A stretch of DNA of 43,701 nucleotides from an uncultured Ignavibacteriales bacterium (GCA_964464605.1 CAYXJN010000006.1:275981-319681); one strand, 5' to 3'. Numbered from the stretch's first letter, positions 1-9,436 are shown. The notes: generated by a model from the letters alone, not told the origin. Numbers and translations are program-made.

Positions 1-1
1 G

Positions 2-331
2 ATTATCAGCCCGTACACAGTGCTGGTACAGGCTGCTGATGCTATCTCCGGGTCCCGTCCCGGCGCGCGTCGAGAACCGCTGGAATCATATGTCAAACGC
101 TTACAGCAGCTGGAAACGCTGGCTGATTCGTTTAAGGGCGTTTCCAAATCATACGCGATTCAGGCCGGCCGTGAAGTCCGTGTGATTGTGGAACATGATC
201 AGGTCGATGATCTGGCCGCAGAAATTCTGGCCTCAGATATCGCCGCGAAGATAGAAGAGGAAATGCAGTATCCGGGTCAGATTAAAGTAACCGTTATTCG
301 GGAACTGCGCGCCACGGAATACGCCAAGTAA
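2..331 (+). CDS. rny: Ribonuclease Y, C-terminal part (5' truncated by window edge)
   Basis: [26 protein letters not shown] and [12 protein letters not shown] are RNase Y C-terminal motifs; followed by ymdB as in the conserved rny-ymdB pair. Confidence 0.95.
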   Translation: MISPYTVLVQAADAISGSRPGARREPLESYVKRLQQLETLADSFKGVSKSYAIQAGREVRVIVEHDQVDDLAAEILASDIAAKIEEEMQYPGQIKVTVIRELRATEYAK

Positions 332-474
332 TTTTGTTTTTTCGATTTCGCAGACAAACGGGCAGGCATATATTAGCGCCTGCCCGTTCTGCATTGTACG
401 GGGAACCTTTACTTCGATCGAGGTGGAATCGAAGATAAAGGCAACAACGTTGCCTCCGCCTTAGAAAGATCTCC

Positions 475-1302
475 ATGTCACTGTTCTCGATTCTTTTCGT
501 CGCCGATATCTGCGGGCGTCCGGGGCGACAAGCGGCTGCGCATATGATTAAGCCGCTCAGGGAAAAATACGGCATTGATTATGTCATCGCCAATATCGAA
601 AACGCCGCCGGCGGATTCGGTGTTACTCCCGAAATGTCACGCAAAGCCTTCAGTTACGGCATTGATCTGCAAACCTCCGGAAATCATATCTGGGACCGGA
701 TGGATATTCTGCGCTATATCGATGAAACCCCCAAACTGCTTCGTCCGGCCAATTTTCCGGAAGAAGTACCGGGAGAAGGGTCATACCTCGATGTCGTCGG
801 TACGAACAAAATCGCAGTGATAAATCTGATGGGGCGCACCTACATGAAAGATATCGACTGCCCCTTCAAAGCCGCGGACAAATTGCTGAAATATCTTTCG
901 ACCGAAACGAATATCATCTTTGTCGATTTTCACGCCGAAGCGACTTCGGAAAAACAGGCGCTGTTGTATTATCTCGACGGTCGCGTTTCAACGATCGTCG
1001 GAACGCATACGCATGTGCAAACAGCCGATGAACACGTAACCCCGCGCGGCACGGCGTATATCACCGATGTCGGTATGACCGGCCCGCATGACTCCATTAT
1101 CGGGATGCAGAAAAAGCCGTCTCTTGATCGCTTCCTGACCGGATTACCGGCGCGGATGAGCGTTGCGGTGAATGATGTAAGAATAAGCGGCGTGGTGGTA
1201 CGTATCGAACCGGATACTGGACGCGCTGTCAGTATCGAGCGGATCCGTGAAGATTTCGATATCACGAAAGTTTCCGGCAGCCAGATGGATGAAGAGGACT
1301 GA
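475..1302 (+). CDS. ymdB: YmdB-like (TIGR00282) metallophosphoesterase
   Basis: [36 protein letters not shown] and TDVGMTG motifs. Confidence 0.93.
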   Translation: MSLFSILFVADICGRPGRQAAAHMIKPLREKYGIDYVIANIENAAGGFGVTPEMSRKAFSYGIDLQTSGNHIWDRMDILRYIDETPKLLRPANFPEEVPGEGSYLDVVGTNKIAVINLMGRTYMKDIDCPFKAADKLLKYLSTETNIIFVDFHAEATSEKQALLYYLDGRVSTIVGTHTHVQTADEHVTPRGTAYITDVGMTGPHDSIIGMQKKPSLDRFLTGLPARMSVAVNDVRISGVVVRIEPDTGRAVSIERIREDFDITKVSGSQMDEED

Positions 1303-2186
1303 TGTCAGCAGTAATCCTTGACGGCAAAGTGACTGCAGCGGCGGTGTTAGCGGAACTTACACCACGTATCGAAAAACTGAAATCACGCGGTGTTGTTCCT
1401 GGTCTTGCGGCTGTGTTAGTGGGGGATAACCCGGCTTCGTCTACCTATGTAAACAGCAAAGCAAAAGCCTGCGAAAAACTCGGATTGTATTCCGAGGTAA
1501 TCAAAAAACCGGGAACGATTTCTCAGGGCGAACTGGTCGATATTGTCCGCTCGCTGAATACCAATCCGCGCATCCATGGTATTCTTGTTCAATCGCCGCT
1601 TCCATCGCATATGGATGAGTTAACCGTGACACTGGCGATCAACCCCGCAAAAGATGTAGATGGGTTCCATCCCCACAATGTCGGGATGATGCTAATCGGC
1701 CGTCCCACTTTGCTGCCTTGTACTCCTGCCGGGATCATTCGTTTGCTGTCTCATTACAACATCGAAACCGCCGGTAAAGAAGCGGTCGTTATCGGTCGTT
1801 CCAATATCGTCGGCAAACCGATAGCAGCGCTCTTGATGCAAAAAGGGAAGACCGCCGATGCAACGGTTACTGTTGCCCACTCTCGCACGCCGAGTTTGAA
1901 AGAAGTCACCAAACGCGCAGATATCATTATTGCCGCGATCGGCAAACCAAACACCGTTACGGCAGATATGGTGAAGGCTGGCGTTGTGGTAATCGATGTC
2001 GGTATTAACCGGATCGATGATGCTTCATCGGCCAAAGGATATCGTATCGTCGGTGATGTCGACTACGATGCTGTTGCCAAAAAGTCATCGGCTATTACCC
2101 CCGTTCCCGGTGGTGTCGGACAGATGACGATCGCATTGCTGATGGAGAACACCGTTGTGGCGGCGGAAAATCAATCAGCGCGATAA
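1302..2186 (+). CDS. folD: Bifunctional methylenetetrahydrofolate dehydrogenase/cyclohydrolase
   Basis: [31 protein letters not shown] and PVPGGVG motifs; ATG overlaps the ymdB stop (TGATG). Confidence 0.97.
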   Translation: MSAVILDGKVTAAAVLAELTPRIEKLKSRGVVPGLAAVLVGDNPASSTYVNSKAKACEKLGLYSEVIKKPGTISQGELVDIVRSLNTNPRIHGILVQSPLPSHMDELTVTLAINPAKDVDGFHPHNVGMMLIGRPTLLPCTPAGIIRLLSHYNIETAGKEAVVIGRSNIVGKPIAALLMQKGKTADATVTVAHSRTPSLKEVTKRADIIIAAIGKPNTVTADMVKAGVVVIDVGINRIDDASSAKGYRIVGDVDYDAVAKKSSAITPVPGGVGQMTIALLMENTVVAAENQSAR

Positions 2187-2306
2187 GCAATCCGACCTGC
2201 AAGAGAAGTCACATTTTTTCACTCCAAAGTACACGCCGTTTTGACCGGATTTGTGGATAACCGACTGGTCGAACTCCCACCAGAAAATACTATTGATAGA
2301 CATTTG

Positions 2307-2319
2307 TAATCGTTTGATT
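2307..2319 (-). promoter_or_regulatory. Candidate IHF-type binding site
   Basis: Reverse strand AATCAAACGATTA matches WATCAANNNNTTR, in an AT-rich patch about 80 bp upstream of a sigma54-like promoter. Confidence 0.35.
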
Positions 2320-2399
2320 TATAATTGATTACCATGAGCCACTTCAAGCATCACCTCGCTTCTGATGTGTCCAAATCTGTCACGCGCTACCGCGAGTCA

Positions 2400-2415
2400 G
2401 GGCACAGACTTTGCT
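2400..2415 (+). promoter_or_regulatory. Candidate sigma54 (-24/-12) promoter
   Basis: GGGCAC-AGACT-TTGCT versus consensus TGGCAC-N5-TTGCW; exact GG-N10-GC spacing; about 50 nt before ATG 2466. Confidence 0.6.
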
Positions 2416-2465
2416 TACCAGTCGATGGGTTAACATGCCCATTGAAAAGGAGTTACGAAAGCGCG

Positions 2466-4766
2466 ATGAGCATAGGAAGCAAGTCGAGGGTGCTTCGGTT
2501 TTTAGGGTATCTGGCAGTCCTCAGTCTTTTGGTCATTATCATCCCCCAAAAATCACAGGGTGCAGTTTCGGTAGTACCGAATTCATTCCAGCCCGATACC
2601 GTCTTTCGGGAGTTTCCATATACACTGAGCTTTACCGCGGTTTCGGACGTACCGCTCGGCAGTGTCGACAGTGCTTTTGCTGTTATTCAGGTATTACGCT
2701 CATCGGATAGCCTTATCATTGGCACCCTTTTCAATAGTTCGGTAACCCATACATCTCTCTCCGGCGATACCCTTCGCTATACCGGTCTTTCTCCGCAATC
2801 GATCAGTTGGCCGTCATCCGGCACCTACGCCGTTCGCTGCAACTATACGTTACATTCGGGCGATAGCGCCTATACCATCGATACGATTCTTACTTCTGCC
2901 CTTTCAGTCATGGCTCCGATAGCGATCACGTATCAAACAGGTACGCTGACGCCGACAACCGTTGAGCCGGGAACCCAGCGTTCATTCTCGTTCGATGTTA
3001 TCTCGCAAGCACCGTATGCGCTCTTGGTTGATAAATCGCAATCATCGCTTTTCTTGAACGGAACATCCTTTATCGATACAGCAGCGCTTTCATTTAACTA
3101 CGACTCCCTCTTGCCGGCTTTACAAACGTTCACGACCGCGAACGTAACATTTCCCGGCGGCTTACCGAATGATTCGTTAACCACTTCAGCCACAATTGCT
3201 GTCATACCGGCGGCGTTGGCGGGGCAGGTTGTTACACCATACCAGTACCTGCTTTCGTTCGGTTCGGCAAAAGTTGCCGTTGAAACAGTTCCGGACGTCA
3301 CGGTGCAGATTGTCAGTCTGGCGGTTGAATCACCCAATTCACCGAAAGTAAATACCGGACAACAATTCGTTATCCACGCCAAAGTAGCGAACCGCTCTAA
3401 TTTTCCGATCGGCCCGATAAGTTTCGAACTGACCAGCGACGGGCAATCATCGTTTACCGAAAAAGCGGTCGTGCAGTTTATCGCCGCGAATGCTGAGGCA
3501 GATTTGGCAATCGATGTCACCGCCGATCTGTTCCCCAGCAATGGAGAGATATTCCGTTTGTCGGTTGCATCCCCGGATGTCGTCGTGCTTCCTGCTATCG
3601 ATGATATCGCCTTTATCATTATCGAGCAGCCTGCCAATCTTAAATTCACCGCCTCATTGTTTGGCGCACCGACAGGAGTAGTCGGGTATGGACAGGCATT
3701 CAGCGTCAACATCAGCCTCGCCAACATCGGTGATGCCGATGCCTTTGAAACGACATACTTATTGACGACAGGGGATATCAGTCTCGGAACGCCGGATAGT
3801 ATCGGCGGTTCTATTCAACCCGGGCAAAATATTACGTTTAATTTCCGCGCCCCTGCTTTAGATACGCAGACGGTGATCATCATAAAATTGCTGTCGCACC
3901 CGATAGACGCTAACAGCGGTGAACCGGCGCCGCTTGATTTCGACAGTTTGTCTTTCGCTATTACTATTCGCGCCCCCGGTGGTGAATTGCTCATTGAACC
4001 GGAGAAAACATCATACAGTGTACTTACACCGGGACAACTAACCGATATGTTTTCACTGATGGTCACCAACCGGGTGACGGTATCAAGTGCGCGAATCCGT
4101 CTGTTGACCATGACCGTCGACTTCGGACCGATTGGCAACAAAGAAATCGATCCCGCTGAGTTTATCGATTGGACCGTTTCCGGAATTTATCGAAACGATA
4201 TCTTGATATCGGTGCCAACACCTTCAGGTACTCGCGTCATTATGGCGCTTGACGGCGTCTCGCTCAGCCCGCAGGAAAGTACGACCTTGGTTATCAAACT
4301 GAAGTTAAAGCCGAACGCACCAAGCCAGTTTACCTTTTTACAGGCGCTTTCCGATGTGTTAGCGATTTTAGTCGAAGGTTCCACCAGCCGTCAGGCGCAG
4401 GTAGTTACCTCGATGCCCAGTACGTTCCTGTTTTCTGAATCCTACGCAGTCGTCGGGAAAACACTTGAATCATCATTTATTATCAATACCAACCCGTATG
4501 ATCCCACAAACGGTGAAGCCCTGTTTGCCTATCAACTCGAGTCGGCCACAGAAATTCTCTTCAAGCTCTACTCGATTACGGGAGAGATAGTGCTTGAAAA
4601 GCGTTACCCCGAAGGGGACAACCACACCAGCGCGGGAAGCCATGTGATCGAGTGGGATGGCAAAAACGGGGAAGGGGATATTGTCTTAAACGGCGTGTAT
4701 ATCGCCGTTATTACTAATATCTCAAGCGGTGAATCGGCCCGCATAAAAGTGGCGGTGGTACGATGA
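2466..4766 (+). CDS. Secreted beta-rich protein with tandem Ig-like/CARDB-like domains and a C-terminal FlgD-Ig/T9SS-like sorting domain
   Basis: Start moved from 2325 to ATG 2466 (AAGGAG upstream, signal-peptide-like segment follows). S/T/V-rich body. C-terminus NPYDP...LYSITGEIV...WDGKNGEGDIVLNGVYIA...KVAVVR. Confidence 0.75.
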   Translation: MSIGSKSRVLRFLGYLAVLSLLVIIIPQKSQGAVSVVPNSFQPDTVFREFPYTLSFTAVSDVPLGSVDSAFAVIQVLRSSDSLIIGTLFNSSVTHTSLSGDTLRYTGLSPQSISWPSSGTYAVRCNYTLHSGDSAYTIDTILTSALSVMAPIAITYQTGTLTPTTVEPGTQRSFSFDVISQAPYALLVDKSQSSLFLNGTSFIDTAALSFNYDSLLPALQTFTTANVTFPGGLPNDSLTTSATIAVIPAALAGQVVTPYQYLLSFGSAKVAVETVPDVTVQIVSLAVESPNSPKVNTGQQFVIHAKVANRSNFPIGPISFELTSDGQSSFTEKAVVQFIAANAEADLAIDVTADLFPSNGEIFRLSVASPDVVVLPAIDDIAFIIIEQPANLKFTASLFGAPTGVVGYGQAFSVNISLANIGDADAFETTYLLTTGDISLGTPDSIGGSIQPGQNITFNFRAPALDTQTVIIIKLLSHPIDANSGEPAPLDFDSLSFAITIRAPGGELLIEPEKTSYSVLTPGQLTDMFSLMVTNRVTVSSARIRLLTMTVDFGPIGNKEIDPAEFIDWTVSGIYRNDILISVPTPSGTRVIMALDGVSLSPQESTTLVIKLKLKPNAPSQFTFLQALSDVLAILVEGSTSRQAQVVTSMPSTFLFSESYAVVGKTLESSFIINTNPYDPTNGEALFAYQLESATEILFKLYSITGEIVLEKRYPEGDNHTSAGSHVIEWDGKNGEGDIVLNGVYIAVITNISSGESARIKVAVVR

Positions 4767-6589
4767 AACAGACGTTCTGCATCTTTATGCTTCTGCTTGC
4801 CGTGTGTGCGAACTTGCTTGCCTCACAGGATGCTGGTCAGGAATCTCCGTTTGCTGTCGGCGTGGGAGCCCGTGCCCTGGGTATGGGGGGAGGGTTTACT
4901 TCCCTTGCTGATGATGCTACCGCCGTTTACTACAACCCGGCCGGTTTGCAAAGTCTGCCGTACCAGCAATTTTCATTTATGCATATGCGGTTGTTTGAAG
5001 GCACAACGCTCAACTATGCCACGTGGGCGTTGCCGACCCTTAGCTACGGCGGTTTGGGAATCAGCTATACCAGAATCGGTACCGATGATTTGATTCGCCG
5101 TTCCGATTTTATCGAAACCGGCACCTTCAGCTACGCACAGTCGCAATTCCAATTTTCCTACGGACAAAATCTCTTTTCCCGTGTTAACGTAGGCGCCTCG
5201 CTCAAAGTCATTCGCCAGACTATCGATAATTTTGCGGATAACGGCATCGGACTTGATGCTGGCGTGCTCATCCCGATCTACAAAGAGTTTCGCTTCTCCG
5301 CGGTCGTTCGAAACGCCATTCAGGCGACCCTGCGTTTAAGATCTACCGATGAAAAACTCCCGCTTAACGTTATCAGCGGATTTGGCTTACGTGAGATCCG
5401 TTTGAATAAGCAATTCATGTTCAGTGGTGCGGTTGAAGCTGAAAAATGGGAAAAGCGCTCCTTTAAATTCCACGCCGGCGGTGAACTGATTATCGATAGC
5501 ATGTATGCGTTGCGCACCGGATACGACCGGGATAACTTTACCTTCGGGGCCGGATTCAAGTATCACCGTGTCTCTATTGACTATGCCTACAAGCTCGTTG
5601 ACGATCTTGAAGACAGTCACCGTTTCTCCTTGTCGATAGCGGTGGGAACATCGATAAAAGATCAGGAACGGCGCCGAGAAATTGTCCGTCAGCAGGAAGG
5701 CAGCAAGCTGATCGCCGGTGACCGCAAACGGCAGTTTGAATTTTTCCGCACGCGCGCCGAAAGTTACTATCAACAGTTCGAATTGGATTCGGCGCTGCAA
5801 AATTATGAACGTGCGCTCGCTTTTGATCCGGATAATCAGGAGATTGTCGGAACGATTGCCGCTATTCAGGATGCGTTAGAAACTAAGCGGGTTCGCGAAC
5901 AGCAGATTGCCGAAACGGCCAGAGATCAGGAGAAGTCGGTTATTAATCTGCTGGGACAGGCGGAGTCTTTGTTTAAACGGGAAGAATACGGCGCGGCACG
6001 CGATGTTATCCGGCAACTGGAAGAGATCCAGCCGGGCAATGACGATGCCCGAAAGCTTCGTTCGCAAATAGACAATGCCATTCAGGAGCGAATAGCAACC
6101 GCAACGCAAAAGGCGCAGGAAGCAAATGCCAATGGCGATTTACTCGCCGCTATAGAGGAATATAGCCAGATACTGTTCTTGGATTCCGCAAACGCCTCCG
6201 TTCGCAGTGCCCGACAATTGGCGGTCGACAAGCTGAATCGCGCGCAGTTGCTGAATAACGGACTCGATCTCTACAAGTTAGGACAGTACGACGAATCCCG
6301 TGAGCGATTCAAGCGCCTTTTGGCGATAGATGCCGGTAACCCGGTTGCTATCGAGTATATCAGTAAGATAGACCGGGCGCTTGCCAAACCGCCGACGCTT
6401 GAAGAGTTGCAGCAGGATAAAGAAATCTGGCCGTTCTATCTGGAAGGCTTGCGTTTTATGCGCGAAAAGGATTACAAGCGGGCAATAGAGATGTGGGAAA
6501 AGGTACTCGAGAAGTATCCGAACAATCCGAACACGCTTGATAATATCGAACAGGCACGTCTTCGCTTGCAGTCTGAAGGAGGAAAATAA
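4763..6589 (+). CDS. PorV/PorQ (UPF0164)-like outer-membrane beta-barrel fused to a C-terminal TPR region
   Basis: Signal peptide, GARALGMGG...DDATAVYYNPAGL family signature, alternating beta strands ending IDYAY...SHRFSL, then helical TPR repeats; ATGA overlap with upstream gene. Confidence 0.8.
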   Translation: MKQTFCIFMLLLAVCANLLASQDAGQESPFAVGVGARALGMGGGFTSLADDATAVYYNPAGLQSLPYQQFSFMHMRLFEGTTLNYATWALPTLSYGGLGISYTRIGTDDLIRRSDFIETGTFSYAQSQFQFSYGQNLFSRVNVGASLKVIRQTIDNFADNGIGLDAGVLIPIYKEFRFSAVVRNAIQATLRLRSTDEKLPLNVISGFGLREIRLNKQFMFSGAVEAEKWEKRSFKFHAGGELIIDSMYALRTGYDRDNFTFGAGFKYHRVSIDYAYKLVDDLEDSHRFSLSIAVGTSIKDQERRREIVRQQEGSKLIAGDRKRQFEFFRTRAESYYQQFELDSALQNYERALAFDPDNQEIVGTIAAIQDALETKRVREQQIAETARDQEKSVINLLGQAESLFKREEYGAARDVIRQLEEIQPGNDDARKLRSQIDNAIQERIATATQKAQEANANGDLLAAIEEYSQILFLDSANASVRSARQLAVDKLNRAQLLNNGLDLYKLGQYDESRERFKRLLAIDAGNPVAIEYISKIDRALAKPPTLEELQQDKEIWPFYLEGLRFMREKDYKRAIEMWEKVLEKYPNNPNTLDNIEQARLRLQSEGGK

Positions 6590-6591
6590 CT

Positions 6592-6618
6592 TCATGCTGC
6601 CCGCGCTTTTGCCGATGC
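6592..6618 (+). promoter_or_regulatory. Candidate sigma28-family promoter 1
   Basis: TCAT-N15-GCCGATGC in the 37-bp gap before the kinase/phosphatase gene. Confidence 0.45.
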
Positions 6619-6626
6619 TTTCATAG

Positions 6627-8675
6627 ATGGGGTCTATGTTCCAGCGCTCAGTGAAGGAAGTCAACGCGGAGTATCCCGCTGAAGACCGCTTTTTAGACAG
6701 TATTCAGCGAACAGTACGTGATACCTGTGTCGCAGCCGGTATGTCCCGCAAGGAAGCATCCGCAGTTCTGCTTGCAGTTGAAGAGGGAGCGACGAATATC
6801 ATTCGCCACGCATACCTGTATTCCAAGGGCACCATCCGCGTCCGTCTTGTTGTCTATGCAAACCAGATCGTTATTTCTCTTTTTGATACCGGCCGTTCCT
6901 TTCAGCCGGATATGTCCTCGCCGATTAATTTAGACCGCTTGGTTGAGTCAGGCCGCAAGGGAGGGCTTGGTTTTTACATGATGCGCAAGATCATGGATTC
7001 GGTGGAGTATATCAGCACCGCCGATTTCAACGAACTACGCATGATCAAGCGGCTGCAAAAACCGAAAGATGCCGCGCTGCCTTTGTTCAGCCGCTTCTCA
7101 ACGCTGCGCGCCAAGTTTTCACTATTCACGTTTCTTGTCGTGTTGGTCATCGTCGGCGGTTCCTACTACTACATTGACCGTCGCACCCGCTCGCTGCTGG
7201 GAGAACGGCTTGAGCAAACCGTCATTGCTCTGGCGAACACGGTAGCGGATCAGGCCGCCGGATATATGATTAACAGCCGCTCCGACGTGGAATTCGATGA
7301 ACTAATCGTTTCCTATCTTCGCGCCAATCCGGAATTGCGCTCGGTCATTATTGTCGATTCGACTTCATTGATCGTCGCTCACTCGCAGGATATTCGCAAT
7401 ATTCGCAAACCGCTCATTGTTCCCCGGCAGCTCAATCCGAATATCCGCAACATGGCGCAGGTTTTCGATTCCGGACAGCAGGTGTTCAACTATCTCATCG
7501 TGCCGGTCAACGCCGGCCTTCGTGAGATGGGAGAGGTGCATATTGTCTATTCAACCGGACTCATTACCGAAGAAATCGCCGAACAGCGCAGCCGGGTTGT
7601 TTATCTCACTTTACTTTGGTTGGGTGTCGGTATCGTTTCGATTTATTTGCTCTCTAATTATTTCGTCGGCCCGATTGCCCGCATTACCGGGCGAATTCGC
7701 CGCTTTGCTTCCGGTGACATGGAAACCGAACTGCCGCTTGAAGGAGCTGAAGAGTTTTTTGAAATTTCAAAAGCCTTCAATGAAATGATGACCCGTGTCA
7801 ATCAGGACCGAAAAACTATCGCCGCCCGTGAAAAGATGGCCAAAGAGGTTGAAGTCGCGTCCCATATTCAAAAAACACTGCTTCCATCCAAGCTCCCTAA
7901 CATCACGGGGCTCGATGTCGACGCCTATTACCGGGCGGCATCGATTGTCGGCGGCGATTTGTACGATATTTTCCAGATCGGCCCGTCCCGGTATTGTATG
8001 ACGGTTGCCGATGTCTCCGGAAAAGGGGTGCCGGCATCGTTAGTTATGTCGATGCTTCGCACCGTTATCCAGATTCAAGCGGAGGGGAGTGAATCGGCCC
8101 GCGATATTTTAGTAAAAGTTAACAGTTATATTGAGCGCAATATCCCGCCCGGCATGTTCGTGACGGTGTTGATGATCGTTTACGATTCCGAACACTCGCA
8201 CCTGTCTTGTGTTTCCGCCGGTCATACGCCGCTGTTATTTTATCGGGTAGCGACGCGAAGTTTGGCACAAATCAATCCGGCAGGTATGCCTATTGGTATG
8301 CCGGTTACGCTGGGTGAAGGATTCGCCGGAAAACTGGAGGAATTCACAGCTATTTTGGAAGAGGGGGATCTGTTCTTTGCTTTTACCGACGGTGTAACCG
8401 AAGCGGGTAACCGCGCCGGAGAACAATATGGCCTGAATCGGCTGGAAGCATTTTTCAAAAAATACTTGTCGGAACAAAAAGAAGTGAATGCGAACATGCT
8501 CAGTATCGAATTATTGAAAGATATTGATGCCTTTACCGGCTCTGCCAATCCCGCTGATGATTTGACGTTCATTGTCGCCAGTCGCACCGAGCATCGCACT
8601 GCAAAAACGCCGGAAAAAGCATCGCTCGATTTGCCGGTTATTCAGGTTCCGGAGCAAAAAACTGAGGCTGAATAA
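6627..8675 (+). CDS. Membrane protein: RsbW-like HATPase Ser kinase - TM - periplasmic sensor - TM - HAMP - SpoIIE/PP2C phosphatase
   Basis: Kinase motifs LAVEEGATNIIRHAY, DTG, GGLGFYMM; two hydrophobic segments; HAMP (PIARIT...EISKAFNEM); PP2C motifs VGGDLYD, VADVSGKG, SAGH, FTDGVTE, DDLT. Start may be ATG 6636. Confidence 0.9.
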   Translation: MGSMFQRSVKEVNAEYPAEDRFLDSIQRTVRDTCVAAGMSRKEASAVLLAVEEGATNIIRHAYLYSKGTIRVRLVVYANQIVISLFDTGRSFQPDMSSPINLDRLVESGRKGGLGFYMMRKIMDSVEYISTADFNELRMIKRLQKPKDAALPLFSRFSTLRAKFSLFTFLVVLVIVGGSYYYIDRRTRSLLGERLEQTVIALANTVADQAAGYMINSRSDVEFDELIVSYLRANPELRSVIIVDSTSLIVAHSQDIRNIRKPLIVPRQLNPNIRNMAQVFDSGQQVFNYLIVPVNAGLREMGEVHIVYSTGLITEEIAEQRSRVVYLTLLWLGVGIVSIYLLSNYFVGPIARITGRIRRFASGDMETELPLEGAEEFFEISKAFNEMMTRVNQDRKTIAAREKMAKEVEVASHIQKTLLPSKLPNITGLDVDAYYRAASIVGGDLYDIFQIGPSRYCMTVADVSGKGVPASLVMSMLRTVIQIQAEGSESARDILVKVNSYIERNIPPGMFVTVLMIVYDSEHSHLSCVSAGHTPLLFYRVATRSLAQINPAGMPIGMPVTLGEGFAGKLEEFTAILEEGDLFFAFTDGVTEAGNRAGEQYGLNRLEAFFKKYLSEQKEVNANMLSIELLKDIDAFTGSANPADDLTFIVASRTEHRTAKTPEKASLDLPVIQVPEQKTEAE

Positions 8676-8698
8676 CCGTTTCTTTTTTCCAATTTTTC

Positions 8699-8727
8699 TT
8701 GCCTTGTCAGATAACGTTACGTATTTT
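8699..8727 (+). promoter_or_regulatory. Candidate sigma70 promoter for the STAS gene
   Basis: TTGCCT-N17-TATTTT in the AT-rich intergenic gap. Confidence 0.3.
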
Positions 8728-8765
8728 TTTACTATAGCACGTATAGTGTGAGGGAATTTTTCATC

Positions 8766-9152
8766 GTGGATAACATCAGTATATCTCTGTCTGAAGGAAA
8801 TCAGGAAGACGTCTCGGAAATCCGGGTCGATGGCGTTATTGATACTATCACCGCCAGCGAACTTGAGCAAGTTATCGATTCCCTGATGCGCCGTCAGCGC
8901 TACAAAATTCTCATAGACTTAGCCGGAGTCGATTATATCTCTTCGGCGGGGTGGGGAATTTTTATTTCGCACATCAAAGATGTCCGTGCCAATCGCGGCG
9001 ATATCAAGCTGGCCAATATGATTCCGAATGTTCGCGAGATATACCAGTTGCTTGAATTCGATAATGTTTTGAAAAGTTACGGTTCAATTGATGATGCCCG
9101 CCGGGATTTCGGCGGTTCCGAAAAAGTTGAGCAAAAAAAAAAGAACCGATAG
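8766..9152 (+). CDS. STAS-domain anti-sigma-factor antagonist (RsbV/SpoIIAA-like), 128 aa
   Basis: RVDGVIDT, IDLAGVDYISSAGWG (phosphoacceptor Ser motif), GDIKLAN; GTG 8766 follows SD GAGGGA. Confidence 0.9.
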   Translation: MDNISISLSEGNQEDVSEIRVDGVIDTITASELEQVIDSLMRRQRYKILIDLAGVDYISSAGWGIFISHIKDVRANRGDIKLANMIPNVREIYQLLEFDNVLKSYGSIDDARRDFGGSEKVEQKKKNR

Positions 9153-9436
9153 TAAGTAATGTCACGCTCATGGAACCGGTAATGGCTCCGTCATACTCCC
9201 ATTCACAGACTATCCTGCAAACGCCGGCAACGGTGTATCAGGCGGCATCGTTCGAAGACGCGGTCCTGCGATTGGTAAAACATGACCCGTTTGCCACTAT
9301 CGGAGAACTGGCCGATGAACTCTCGCAGTCCGGTCAGTATGAAAAGACAGGCTGGTGGCCGGTTTTTTTGGTTCTCCGCCGTCACAGTCTTGTAAGAAAG
9401 AGGTCCCGGTTCAATTTCGCCCGGGGGCGACGGTAG
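9131..9436 (+). CDS. Helix-turn-helix-like domain, probably expressed as a -1 extension of the STAS protein rather than from ATG 9170
   Basis: The -1 frame is open from 9131 to TAG 9434-9436; no SD before ATG 9170 or 9182; FEDAVLRLVKHDPFATIGELADEL...VFLVLRRHSL resembles a three-helix HTH. Confidence 0.6.
   Translation, partial: AKKKEPIVSNVTLMEPVMAPSYSHSQTILQTPATVYQAASFEDAVLRLVKHDPFATIGELADELSQSGQYEKTGWWPVFLVLRRHSLVRKRSRFNFARGRR
9133..9143 (+). other. Slippery site: A10 run ending in in-frame A_AAA_AAG
   Basis: Frame-0 codons CAA AAA AAA AAG AAC CGA TAG; heptamer 9137-9143 is in correct phase for -1 tandem slippage. Confidence 0.6.

Noticed and set aside
2252..2260. Perfect DnaA box (TGTGGATAA) beside an AT-rich patch and an IHF-like site; possible oriC
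   Set aside because: Single box only, no cluster and no dnaA/dnaN/gidA nearby; could be chance or a lone regulatory site
2325..2465. N-terminal extensions in the ORF track (also 19584-19712, 30153-30272, 17391-17444, 14811-14852)
   Set aside because: They overlap promoters, terminators or upstream genes and precede the signal peptide or SD-supported start
9131..9436. HTH could be an IS3/IS630/IS481 transposase remnant, since the slippery motif is IS-like
   Set aside because: No DDE domain, inverted repeats or target duplication; the slip site lies upstream of the HTH, joining it to STAS
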